Part shown: positions 35,660 to 44,868 of the stretch, in pieces | How positions within the stretch are numbered: the first letter of the stretch is position 1 | Layout: the number at the start of each line of letters is the position of its first letter | Origin: a virus | Lineage: Duplodnaviria; Caudoviricetes | DNA: 64,000 nucleotides | IMG/VR virus record: IMGVR_UViG_3300031867_000042 | Coordinates: 4,909 to 68,908 of that record | Strand: one strand, 5' to 3' | Program-made: the position numbers and the translations under genes | Notes under the pieces: generated by a model | The model's database searches: none | Told to the model about the DNA's origin: nothing | Seen by the model: the letters and a program-made list of their open reading frames with translations, nothing else

Positions 35660-36100
35660 TTATTGTCCGAAAACCATCATACCAAACTTAATACATATAA
35701 CCGCTTTCTGGTTATATTTGTAATCTTCATTGCTAAAATTGATAAGCGTTTTTCCGCTTGGCAATGTAATGGGGCAAAGGACATCCTGCTGCGCCTGAGA
35801 ACCGTAATTCGGGTAGAACACAATCGTACTTTCCTCAATCGAATCTGAAATACTCGTAATAGTGAGCGATGACAGAGGATTTGCGCATATATATATTGTG
35901 TTCGGCTGAACGGCTATCGTTGCAGCTGTGTCTGTGATATTAACTACCGTCTTGGAAGGTAAATTCGCAGACGGTATCTTCCCATTGCTATCAAGCGTTG
36001 CAAGTCCCCCAGCAACACCGACCACTGATGCTAAGTCGGAATTGTCAGGGAACTTGACGCATGACGCTGGAATAATAGGATATACTATTTTCTCAGTCAT
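35660..36100 (-). CDS. Tail-associated protein
   Basis: GLATLDSNGKIPSANLP collar motif; QPNTIYIC..LSSLTIT. Confidence 0.6.
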   Translation of the reverse strand: MTEKIVYPIIPASCVKFPDNSDLASVVGVAGGLATLDSNGKIPSANLPSKTVVNITDTAATIAVQPNTIYICANPLSSLTITSISDSIEESTIVFYPNYGSQAQQDVLCPITLPSGKTLINFSNEDYKYNQKAVICIKFGMMVFGQ

Positions 36101-36112
36101 GATGTGTTGTTG

Positions 36113-37342
36113 TTAAGGCACTGTTACTTCAATCAATTTCTGGTAACTCAGAGTCTTCGTGTCAAAGTCGTAGGTATATTCGACGCATGGAGAAGAAAGA
36201 GTACCTTCAAGGTCATAGTTCTTGAAATGAATAGTACCCTTTAGCGTGTCTCTACCCTTCTGCCATACACCTCTAACATACGGCATACTCTTTGTGAAAC
36301 CAAAGAAATTCTCATCAAGAGTATTGTTATGCTCCATAAAGGACATTACAAATTCCAAAGGCGAACTGTACGAATGGTTACGTTCAAGAGCCAAAACTGC
36401 TGTGATAAACGCATCTTCATCAGTACCAACTTGGATTCCCGTATCGACCATTGCCAACAAATGAACCTTCTCGAAATCATCAAGAAAATGCTTTCTTGAT
36501 GAATAGCGACTTTTTTCAAAATCGCCCCAATCTAAGGTCGAACCATCCCATTGCTGCAACAAGGCGGCTAATGAGTTTTTATCTTGCGAAGATGAGAGTG
36601 CTCTGGTTGGTGCAGAGCCTATGCCTTTGTAATCTTTATAAAAATTTTCCAAATCAGACATTCCAAGAACAGAAGATGGAACAGCAACCTTCTGTCCGCC
36701 TGATTCCGCACCTGACAAAACAGGATTATAAACCCCCGATGGGCTGAAATTTCCACCTGGGATTAAGAATCTTAGTCTCAATTCATCGAAGTCGATGTTT
36801 GTTTGCATGACGGCAAACTTGGTTACGGTATTTGTTACCGTTTCGCCATTTTCTTCGGTCTCTTCCTCAACATCAACGGCAATAAGAATATCGCCAACCT
36901 CGGTTGTTCTTGCAACACCTGTGAGAATATCACTTGCCGCAATAGTGAAAGAAGTACCTACAATATAGGCATTTCCTGCCTTTACATTGTCGGTTGGAGT
37001 TGCGCTAATATCTGTATCTACGATGTGGAAAGGCTGCATAGATGCACTAATACCATTGCCAATCATAGCCTGAACATCTGCCGTAGTTGTAAACTTCAAC
37101 CACTTTGTATCATCCGCAATATCGGTTGCATTACCGTTGCGACCGATATACAGCAACAACTTGCCGTCCTGCGTAAAAACAGGCTGTCCGTTACCGATGC
37201 GGTAGATACCATTCTTTAGCCACGTTGTCGGGTCTTTTGCCGCTGATTCTGAGAGCTGAACCAATTTGGAATCCAGCGTTCCTTCGCCTTCGTAATCAAA
37301 CGAAATGTTTACTGGCTGTCCGTTATATGCCTGATTTGCCAT
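36113..37342 (-). CDS. Tail fibre/structural protein
   Basis: VKAGNAYIV...EVGDILIA...FAVMQTNID adaptor motif. Confidence 0.6.
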   Translation of the reverse strand: MANQAYNGQPVNISFDYEGEGTLDSKLVQLSESAAKDPTTWLKNGIYRIGNGQPVFTQDGKLLLYIGRNGNATDIADDTKWLKFTTTADVQAMIGNGISASMQPFHIVDTDISATPTDNVKAGNAYIVGTSFTIAASDILTGVARTTEVGDILIAVDVEEETEENGETVTNTVTKFAVMQTNIDFDELRLRFLIPGGNFSPSGVYNPVLSGAESGGQKVAVPSSVLGMSDLENFYKDYKGIGSAPTRALSSSQDKNSLAALLQQWDGSTLDWGDFEKSRYSSRKHFLDDFEKVHLLAMVDTGIQVGTDEDAFITAVLALERNHSYSSPLEFVMSFMEHNNTLDENFFGFTKSMPYVRGVWQKGRDTLKGTIHFKNYDLEGTLSSPCVEYTYDFDTKTLSYQKLIEVTVP

Positions 37343-37345
37343 AAT

Positions 37346-38335
37346 TTATGCCTTTGTAAAAGTTATTTTAAACTTGGTCGCTGGACCGTTCACATCTCTT
37401 GTATACTTTGTGTACGACTTAGTAGTTTCGCCGTCCGCCAGAGTCTTAGTCTCACTTGACTGGGCAAATGTTCCTGTGTACAACTGCCACTCACCGCCGT
37501 TAGCAACTGAGTTCCAGATGTATATAGCAACATTTGTATAAGACGCTGGGATACTGAAAGCGTGCCGATTATCACCTGTTGCAACTGGGAAGTCAAGGAT
37601 TAACTCAGAAGCAGTTGTAAGAGCAAGCTTGCCCATTGTGCCGATAGCTGCCGTGTTAGCATAAAAGGCATCAGCAAAATTGACTGTACATGTAGCAGTC
37701 TTTGTGATAGCCTTGATATACTTTGTAGTTGCGTCAATGTTGCTGTTTACGCTTGCTGACGAAAGAAGGGTAGTAGCGTTACCAGCAGTCTTGTTAGTCG
37801 GATTACCCTGCGCTGTCTCTACGGCAGTGTTACCTGCTGCATAGGCTCTTGACAAGGTGTAAGTGACTGAACCAAACGTAGTCTTGGCAGAACCAGCAGT
37901 AGTGCTACAAGTAATGGTGTTTGTAGCAGCTCCACCATTTGCCACATTTGTACCGCCAGTTGCTTTTGCAGCCGTACCGCCAATAGTGAAGTTTTTCTCG
38001 TCTACTGTAGGTATGACAGTACCAGTCTCTACCAGATTGCCTATCTTCGCAGCGATAGAAGCTGTTGCGTCTGCCCACTGAGGAGCGTACTCTGGATGCA
38101 ACAGCATGTCAAATAGCTGTGCATAGGTCTTATCTGCCACTGGAGTACCGGATGATATACCGCCTACCGTAACACCAGCAGCAGGTGCATCACTTGGTAA
38201 AGCTCCAGACCCAGCCTCTGCCGCTATATTAGCCAGCGCTGTATTCAGGTCCGTTCCGTTAGCCACAGGAGTGCTCTGTGTTGGATCAGTTACAGCAACG
38301 CCTGTTCCGGGAATTAAAATTTGTTTTCTCTGCAT
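37346..38335 (-). CDS. Structural protein (Thr/Ala-rich, Ig-like)
   Basis: VTVGGISSGT...LFDMLLHPEYAP pattern. Confidence 0.6.
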   Translation of the reverse strand: MQRKQILIPGTGVAVTDPTQSTPVANGTDLNTALANIAAEAGSGALPSDAPAAGVTVGGISSGTPVADKTYAQLFDMLLHPEYAPQWADATASIAAKIGNLVETGTVIPTVDEKNFTIGGTAAKATGGTNVANGGAATNTITCSTTAGSAKTTFGSVTYTLSRAYAAGNTAVETAQGNPTNKTAGNATTLLSSASVNSNIDATTKYIKAITKTATCTVNFADAFYANTAAIGTMGKLALTTASELILDFPVATGDNRHAFSIPASYTNVAIYIWNSVANGGEWQLYTGTFAQSSETKTLADGETTKSYTKYTRDVNGPATKFKITFTKA

Positions 38336-38344
38336 AATATAAAA

Positions 38345-39178
38345 TTATTGTGTAAGTAATTCAATATAAGATGCTTCCTTAGTGCTTGGAGTTACGGAAA
38401 CATATTCGATAGTATTGCCTGTCTCATATTTCAGCAAATACGCATCATCAATATGTGATACTGAAAGGTCGTAGGTACTATCGCCTATTTTGCCGATAAA
38501 CACGCTATTAGCTGGAGAATCGTGGAGTATGCTGTATATTCCTATCGCATCAGCGTTCAGATTTACAACAACTTTAGCAATACTGCCCTGCTTTATCTTA
38601 TCCTCCAGTTTATCCAGCTGTTGCTTAACTGCTCCTGAAGTCGGGAACTTATCGTCAGAATCAGTCAAACCCTCTATTGTTGTAGCTTTTCTGTCTACAT
38701 TATCGCCATCGCCTTCCAATACAATAGAAGTCTTGTAAACCTCTATTGTTATATTGCCGAACAAGTCGCTGCGCTTAACTGTGGCAGCATTACCGTTAAA
38801 TTCGGCTCCCTTGGCTATCAGAGCTTCAACCTGTTCCGTATTAGCATAATACTGTATACACTTGCTTCTCGTTGCTCTGTAATAATGCACTACTCCTTCA
38901 ACTTCCTTAGCAAATGATATTACGGCATTTACCCAGCCGGTTCTCTGAAATTTCGGATGATTGCCGGGTATTCTTATCTTTAATGTAGAGTGGTCTTCAG
39001 AAGCAAGAGATATACAACTTGCATCCATCACGACATCTGGTGTCATTCCGTATCCCAGCGTGACAGTAAGTTCTTGAGCATCGCTTAGGTCCATCGGCGT
39101 GGTGCCTTGGTTGGACAGCGATTCCATGCTCCATATAATCACCGCATCGTTTCCTACGATGCCAAAGTTCAGCGTCAT
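38345..39178 (-). CDS. Tail fibre base (BppU-like) protein, paralog A
   Basis: N-terminal ~130 aa clearly similar to 39281-39967; SDDKFPTSGAVK repeat. Confidence 0.65.
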   Translation of the reverse strand: MTLNFGIVGNDAVIIWSMESLSNQGTTPMDLSDAQELTVTLGYGMTPDVVMDASCISLASEDHSTLKIRIPGNHPKFQRTGWVNAVISFAKEVEGVVHYYRATRSKCIQYYANTEQVEALIAKGAEFNGNAATVKRSDLFGNITIEVYKTSIVLEGDGDNVDRKATTIEGLTDSDDKFPTSGAVKQQLDKLEDKIKQGSIAKVVVNLNADAIGIYSILHDSPANSVFIGKIGDSTYDLSVSHIDDAYLLKYETGNTIEYVSVTPSTKEASYIELLTQ

Positions 39179-39280
39179 AAAATTCTTTTTGTAAAGAATA
39201 GTAATTGCCGTGTTGTTGTGATGTTTATCGCCGATTTTTTCTATTTCTTAATAAAAGATTAACCATAAAATTTTATCAAA

Positions 39281-39967
39281 ATGGATTTTAATTTCGGTGT
39301 AGTAGGCAATGATGCCACGATAACATGGGCGTTTGAATCGCTTGTCGGAAACAATATCGTACCATGCGATTTGTCTGATGCGGACAACATGGTGGTAAAG
39401 TTAGGCTACAATGCAAAGCCTGACGTGGAAATTGAGCCTCAGTTTATTTCAATATTGCCGACAGATCATTCTGTGCTTAAACTTCGTATTCCGGGTAATC
39501 ATAGCTCGTTTCAGAAGCGAGGCTGGCTAAACGCAGAAATATCGTTTACTAAAACGGGCGAAGACGGTAATGTTCAATATTTCAAGGCAAATCGCTCGAA
39601 GTGTATGCAGTATTTTGATACTACTGAAGAGGTTGAAGCTCTGGTTGCCAAAGGTGCGGAGTTTAACGGCGAGCTTGTTAAATTCAAGAACTCAATCACT
39701 CTCGGTAACTATGAGATTACTGCCAACACTCTGATGATAACTATCGAGGAAGGCAGCAGCGTCCTGAACATGAGTACTGATGAAGCCCTCGTAGATTCCG
39801 ACGCAAAGGTTCCAACATCACGACGCATGAAGCTGGAACTTGCAAGCCTTAAACAGGAAATGGATGGCGCTACATTCACTTCCGCTGTATGGGAAAGCAA
39901 AACGCCTGCCCAGGAAGCGGCACTGCTGAAAACTAACGATGTAGTCTATATTGTAGAGGAGGAGTAA
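39281..39967 (+). CDS. Tail fibre base protein, paralog B (inverted)
   Basis: GNDA.I.W..ESL, IPGNH..FQ..GW.NA and EALVAKGAEFNG shared with paralog A; ends QEAALLKTNDVVYIVEEE. Confidence 0.65.
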   Translation: MDFNFGVVGNDATITWAFESLVGNNIVPCDLSDADNMVVKLGYNAKPDVEIEPQFISILPTDHSVLKLRIPGNHSSFQKRGWLNAEISFTKTGEDGNVQYFKANRSKCMQYFDTTEEVEALVAKGAEFNGELVKFKNSITLGNYEITANTLMITIEEGSSVLNMSTDEALVDSDAKVPTSRRMKLELASLKQEMDGATFTSAVWESKTPAQEAALLKTNDVVYIVEEE

Positions 39968-39969
39968 CT

Positions 39970-40080
39970 ATGATATACAAAAACGGCAAAAAAGTTCTTG
40001 CTGTCTACAAAAACGGCAAAAAAGTTCTGAAAATGTATAAAGGCGGTAAGCTTGTGTATACAGCAGAAACGCAAGAATAA
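39970..40080 (+). CDS. 36-aa peptide with YKNGKKVL repeats (fibre adaptor-like)
   Basis: MIYKNGKKVLAVYKNGKKVLKMYKGGKLVYTAETQE; 23-nt direct repeat at 39976 and 40006; translated by hand. Confidence 0.6.
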   Translation: MIYKNGKKVLAVYKNGKKVLKMYKGGKLVYTAETQE

Positions 40081-40085
40081 CAAAG

Positions 40086-40110
40086 AGGCAGCACTTAAAT
40101 GGTGCTGCCT
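40086..40110. terminator. Bidirectional terminator
   Basis: AGGCAGCAC/GTGCTGCCT stem between convergent genes. Confidence 0.7.
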
Positions 40111-40115
40111 TTATT

Positions 40116-40325
40116 TTATCCCATGTAATAAATCGACTCTTTCGGAATAAACCATTCATTATCCGTTTTGGGTAATCCTGCAATGATGACGTATTTACCA
40201 TGCTTCGGATGCTCAACCGTTGTGTCGATATAGCCGATTTTGCCAGCTAATTGCTCCAATCGCATACTTTCCAGACTTTGACTGTAAATAATGCGAACTT
40301 TAATGTATCTGTCTGTATTGTTCAT
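40116..40325 (-). CDS. Small hypothetical protein (SH3-like)
   Basis: LAGKIGYI...NEWFIPKESI. Confidence 0.55.
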   Translation of the reverse strand: MNNTDRYIKVRIIYSQSLESMRLEQLAGKIGYIDTTVEHPKHGKYVIIAGLPKTDNEWFIPKESIYYMG

Positions 40326-40334
40326 GTTATGTTA

Positions 40335-40622
40335 TTATTTGCTTTTCAGTACCTCTTTTAAATCGGCGCGAATTTCTCTGATGTCTGTGGACATATCTGC
40401 GATTTGCTTGACTGTATATTCAAATACATTTTTATCAAGCTTTATCTCGTCAATTTTCTTATATTGTGCATCCAGTTTTCTGTCCAGCAGCTCGCACCTC
40501 TGTTCCAAATCTGCAATCCTACGATTATTCACTTCATGCTGAACATACATCCCTACTCCGAACACTGCAATGGTTGACACCATTTTGATGTTATTGTTAA
40601 CAAATGTGTACACGCTCTCCAT
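40335..40622 (-). CDS. TM plus coiled-coil protein
   Basis: Start at MESVY; hydrophobic segment then heptads. Confidence 0.6.
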   Translation of the reverse strand: MESVYTFVNNNIKMVSTIAVFGVGMYVQHEVNNRRIADLEQRCELLDRKLDAQYKKIDEIKLDKNVFEYTVKQIADMSTDIREIRADLKEVLKSK

Positions 40623-40635
40623 ACCTTCTGCTGTT

Positions 40636-41133
40636 TTAAATAATTCTATCTTCAGGTGCAGGAGCTGGAGGAGGAGCAATTACATTGATAACTACACCGC
40701 CCTTACCGCCTTCTTCACCATCGCCAATCATCAATTTACTTTCGCTTGCAGCCTTAACTGGGAACAAATCCATTAAAGCTTTGGCTGCATTAACTGCTAC
40801 TGAACGTAGAGCAGCTGGTGACAATTCTGTGCCTCGTCTGTCTTGATATGTACCATGCGAGCACTCATCCATTATTGCCATCAGTTTGCTGGCTATCTTA
40901 TCCTTAACTTCTTCGGGCATATAGCCAGCGTTCTTGCGAAGCTCTTCAACATACTCCTTGATATGAGGCTGATTTAGCAGTTCTCTTGCGTGCATCAGAG
41001 CCAACTTCGACTTATCATGAAAGATTTCTTGATAGCAGCGTGCAGGATCGCCACCAAAAGGCTCGCAACCGTAAACCAACAGATTGCAAAAGTCTCTTTC
41101 ATCTCCAGATATTACTTTCTTCTCGCTGTCCAT
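40636..41133 (-). CDS. Putative terminase small subunit
   Basis: ERDFCNLLV..GDPARCY...ARELLNQPHIKEYVEEL; AVNAAKALMDLF. Confidence 0.65.
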   Translation of the reverse strand: MDSEKKVISGDERDFCNLLVYGCEPFGGDPARCYQEIFHDKSKLALMHARELLNQPHIKEYVEELRKNAGYMPEEVKDKIASKLMAIMDECSHGTYQDRRGTELSPAALRSVAVNAAKALMDLFPVKAASESKLMIGDGEEGGKGGVVINVIAPPPAPAPEDRII

Positions 41134-41194
41134 ATATAAAAAATTAAGAAACACCGCACTACACGATGTTTCTTAAAAATAGATATTTCCAGCA

Positions 41195-41437
41195 TTATTT
41201 GTTATCTGGAAGCAAGCTTTTCATCACCATTTTCCTAAAAAGGTCTTTAATTCCATCCAGCATTGCTTCGACATCTTCAACCGAGTTTAGCATGTCACGG
41301 TTAAAATTCACAGTCAAACCGTACCCACTGATGTAAAACAATGCCTTGCCGTCTTCGGTTTTTACCGTAAAACTGGTCAAATCATCAATCTCTCTGAATG
41401 ACACTTGACGCTCTTCTGAAATCTCTTTTTCTTCCAT
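41195..41437 (-). CDS. Hypothetical protein
   Basis: 80-aa ORF in operon. Confidence 0.6.
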   Translation of the reverse strand: MEEKEISEERQVSFREIDDLTSFTVKTEDGKALFYISGYGLTVNFNRDMLNSVEDVEAMLDGIKDLFRKMVMKSLLPDNK

Positions 41438-41442
41438 AATGA

Positions 41443-42186
41443 TTATATTTTAAAATGAACTCTTGTCTTTTCGACCTTGCTCAATTCCGTACCGTCACCG
41501 CCGTTTTCGTTTCTCATGCGCTTACTTAGCACTGCACATACATTTGTAGTAGCTGCTACATCGGCATCGGCATCATGAGCATCAATCAATTCAATTCCCA
41601 GTCTTTCCGCTATAAGTTCCAATTTATAGCTGGTGACATCTGGGTTATTAGCAAAAGCCAACTGCGCAAGTAGAATGGTGTCTACATAAGTCGGCTGAAA
41701 GTTGCCATAGAAATCGATACTGCCTCGTAATACTTTAGCGTATTCCTTAGCCTGACCGCCATACTCCATAAGCTGCTGAAGAAAGCCAATATCAAAAACA
41801 ATGTTCTGTCCAATCAGAAACGGTGCCTTGTTTTTGCCACCAGTTTTATGCTTTGCCATAAAAGCTACACATCCTTCCGCAACTTCTTTCAAGTCTACAC
41901 CCTGAGAACGAAGCATTTCCATTGTAATTGCCGAATACTCCAACGCACGGTCTTCATATTTCATGCTCTCTACCATATCAGTCTTTTTCTTGACGGTCTT
42001 CTTACCGCCCAAAAATTCTTTCTTGGCATACGGCGCGATATACATTACATACCGGTCCAGCACTTCAAAAGTGTCAATTCTCACTGCGTGCATTGCTATC
42101 TGGGTACATGCGCAATCCTGACAATTAAGACCACCAGTCTCAAAGTCCAAAGTAAAAGCAATTATAGAGTCGATTGAATTTGCCAT
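41443..42186 (-). CDS. DEDDh 3'-5' exonuclease (DNA Pol III epsilon-like)
   Basis: LDFETGG, GQNIVFDIGFL, YKLELIAERLGI, AHDADADV. Confidence 0.85.
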   Translation of the reverse strand: MANSIDSIIAFTLDFETGGLNCQDCACTQIAMHAVRIDTFEVLDRYVMYIAPYAKKEFLGGKKTVKKKTDMVESMKYEDRALEYSAITMEMLRSQGVDLKEVAEGCVAFMAKHKTGGKNKAPFLIGQNIVFDIGFLQQLMEYGGQAKEYAKVLRGSIDFYGNFQPTYVDTILLAQLAFANNPDVTSYKLELIAERLGIELIDAHDADADVAATTNVCAVLSKRMRNENGGDGTELSKVEKTRVHFKI

Positions 42187-42689
42187 ATTTTTTCGTATAA
42201 AATTCCTAATTTGTATTCAAAATCTACCAGAGTTCCGTCGTTATCAACAACAGCATCAAACAATTTATCTGCTATTTCCTCACGTTCTTTGTCTCTGGCT
42301 ATTCTCTCAGCCGATATGCCAGTCTTATTCGTTCTCTTAATCTTGACCGACATAATGTGAAATAACTGGGGAGGAACTATCCGTCTAAGCTCCTGTAACC
42401 CCTTTTCGTCAATCACATAAGAGCATGTCAGACTGTCAAAGAACTGCTCTTTCTCCGTCCAATACTGATAACCGCCAAATTCTGTATAAGCCATCATGCG
42501 GTCTTTTGACGGAACTTGTTCCTTGTTTACAAAGAAATGTTCTACGCCATCAGTTTCTTCTTCTCTGATAGGTCTGGTTGTATACGAAACAATCGCGTGC
42601 AGACCAAACCTTTTTTGGAGATATTGGGAAGCATAGGTTTTTCCGCTTCCGCTTTCTCCCACTATACAAACAATCAATGTCCTTGTCAT
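42162..42689 (-). CDS. Guanylate kinase-like protein
   Basis: GESGSGKT, VSYTTRPIREEETDGVEHFFV, YTEFGGYQY. Confidence 0.85.
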   Translation of the reverse strand: MTRTLIVCIVGESGSGKTYASQYLQKRFGLHAIVSYTTRPIREEETDGVEHFFVNKEQVPSKDRMMAYTEFGGYQYWTEKEQFFDSLTCSYVIDEKGLQELRRIVPPQLFHIMSVKIKRTNKTGISAERIARDKEREEIADKLFDAVVDNDGTLVDFEYKLGILYEKIWQIQSTL

Positions 42690-44863
42690 ACTACGAAAAT
42701 TTTTGACGCCTTCAAAGTTGCCGTCTCATTCTGTTTTGTAAAGTCTGAATAGGCTACCTTGACATTCAGGCATATAATTTTATTCTTACAATCAGTTAAT
42801 TCACTACGGTATAGACTATATTTGTCATTCCATATCGTCAAGCGTATGGTATCCAAACCTTGACAAAGCGTTAGCTTCAAATAATATTTTGTCTCGCCAG
42901 TTATCTTATCAGAATAATTCTTCTCCTCACAATCCAAAATAGTTGCGCACACAGTGAAATTATTGCCATCGCTGGTGCTTTGAAGAAGGTCCGGTATTCT
43001 ACGATATGGATATTTGCTTCGATTATACGGTGTGTTCAATCCAGTTGAATCGTAAATACGCTGATAATCAATACTACCAAGAGCACTTATGCTAATCTGT
43101 TGCTGTGCCCAGAAATAATGCTTGTCTCGCAAATGCTCTGGAAACTCTTTATCTGCCAGCTTAAAGCCAAGCAATGAAGCAGCCTCTTCCAGCAAATTAA
43201 AGCGTTTGGTAATATCCGTAATCCCAGCCAATTCATCAAAGCATCCTGCGATAATCAGATTTCTGACATGGCGCGCATTTATCGGAACACCCTGTGCTTC
43301 TTCCGGGTCTTCTGGATTATCCCAATATTCATACTTTAGCAACTTATACTTAAACACTCGTTCAAGAAAGTTTGTAAGCGAAGTAAATGGACCTCTTGTT
43401 TCTCTCTCGGATACTATATATTGAACAGTTTTTTCGCCAACAAACTTAATCTTGGAGAGCGACCAATATATTTCATTCTTAACATAGTCCGAGAAAAACT
43501 CAGTACCCGACTGGTTAATGTTAGGAGCAACTACCTTTGCCTTCGAACATTCTTCCATTTCTTTCATCAGGTCCGTAATTTCTTCCTCACCAGCCCACTG
43601 GAGTGCTACCGTATAGAACGCCGTAGGATATTTCGCTTTTAACCATGCACCGACGTAGGCAGTAACTCCATAAGCCGTAGCGTGGCTCTTATTAAACAAA
43701 TATGTACCTGCCTTCTGGAACATTTCCCAAATAGCCTTGGCTTCTTCTTTTGGGCAACCGTTTTTCTTTGCGCCAGCCATAAATTTAGGTTCGAGCTTCA
43801 GAATCTTTGCCGTCTTTTTCTTCGAAATAAATTTCACCAGCTTCACTCCTTCTCCCAAACTAAATCCGCCAACCTCACGAGCAATAGTTACCAGCTGTTC
43901 CTGATATGTAATCTGTCCACAAGTATCTTTCAGAGAATTATAGGTTCCCCACAGATAAACAGGCTCTTCACCGTTCTTAACATCGACATATCTGTCCGCA
44001 CTACCATTTGCCAAAGTCGCAGGACGAAACAACGCATTGGCAGCAATAAGGTCATTGATGCTGTTCACTTTCATTTCCTGAAGCAAATGGGTCATACCGC
44101 GAGAAGACATCTGAAACACGTTCTTCGTATATCCCTTTTGCAGCAATTCATATACCTCCGGGTCATCCAAACCACTTTGCACAATATCCTGAAATGTAAT
44201 GCCAGCATTGTAATTTTGGTTTGCCAAATCAATAGTCTGATGCAATTTGGATAGCTCCTTAATACCAAGACAGTCATTCTTCAATAATCCCTGCGCGTCC
44301 AGAGTATAGCCGTCAAACTCAGAGATAAGCATATTATCCACTTTCTTGATAGGAGTATAGTCAAAACACTCCATTTGCTTGCCGTCTTTCATATCAGGCG
44401 TTACGAGCAAGGCAGAAGCGTGAATAGATGATGAACGAGGCTGCCCCATTAAAGTGCGTATGTCCTCAAACAAGCGAGGATGGTCAAACACGAACTTTTT
44501 AATCTTCTTGTTTGTCGCAGCAAACTTCATCAGGTCCGTCCAAGTAACTAAATCATCTGGAAGGATAGCCGTCATGTAGTTTACAAGACTAACAGGAATC
44601 TTGTGAACTCTGGCAACGTCCTTTATTACTGCCTTAACTTTCAAGGTTGTGAGCGTGCCTGCTGAAAAGACACGCTGTAAACCATCATGATTATATCGCC
44701 TTTCAATATACTCCTTGACTTCCTGACGGCGGATACTTTCGAAATCGCAATCCACATCCGGAAGACTGCCTGAAACGCCTTGTGTATATCCCTTGTCTAC
44801 ATAGCAATCTACACAAGGGATTGGCGTTGTTGTATGTTGTGCTTTTACGCTTGTTACTTTCAT
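42686..44863 (-). CDS. dnaE: DNA polymerase III alpha, C-terminal half, preceded by 32-aa Hint C-fragment
   Basis: SLPDVDCDF, SIHASALLV, LLKNDCLG, TYQEQ, YLFNKSHATAY, LSKIKFVGE. Confidence 0.92.
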   Translation of the reverse strand: MKVTSVKAQHTTTPIPCVDCYVDKGYTQGVSGSLPDVDCDFESIRRQEVKEYIERRYNHDGLQRVFSAGTLTTLKVKAVIKDVARVHKIPVSLVNYMTAILPDDLVTWTDLMKFAATNKKIKKFVFDHPRLFEDIRTLMGQPRSSSIHASALLVTPDMKDGKQMECFDYTPIKKVDNMLISEFDGYTLDAQGLLKNDCLGIKELSKLHQTIDLANQNYNAGITFQDIVQSGLDDPEVYELLQKGYTKNVFQMSSRGMTHLLQEMKVNSINDLIAANALFRPATLANGSADRYVDVKNGEEPVYLWGTYNSLKDTCGQITYQEQLVTIAREVGGFSLGEGVKLVKFISKKKTAKILKLEPKFMAGAKKNGCPKEEAKAIWEMFQKAGTYLFNKSHATAYGVTAYVGAWLKAKYPTAFYTVALQWAGEEEITDLMKEMEECSKAKVVAPNINQSGTEFFSDYVKNEIYWSLSKIKFVGEKTVQYIVSERETRGPFTSLTNFLERVFKYKLLKYEYWDNPEDPEEAQGVPINARHVRNLIIAGCFDELAGITDITKRFNLLEEAASLLGFKLADKEFPEHLRDKHYFWAQQQISISALGSIDYQRIYDSTGLNTPYNRSKYPYRRIPDLLQSTSDGNNFTVCATILDCEEKNYSDKITGETKYYLKLTLCQGLDTIRLTIWNDKYSLYRSELTDCKNKIICLNVKVAYSDFTKQNETATLKASKIFVV

Positions 44864-44868
44864 TGTCG

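Noticed and set aside
38345-39967. Currently active invertible segment
   Set aside because: Paralogs are clearly diverged at nucleotide level, with no perfect flanking inverted repeats and no invertase gene in the window
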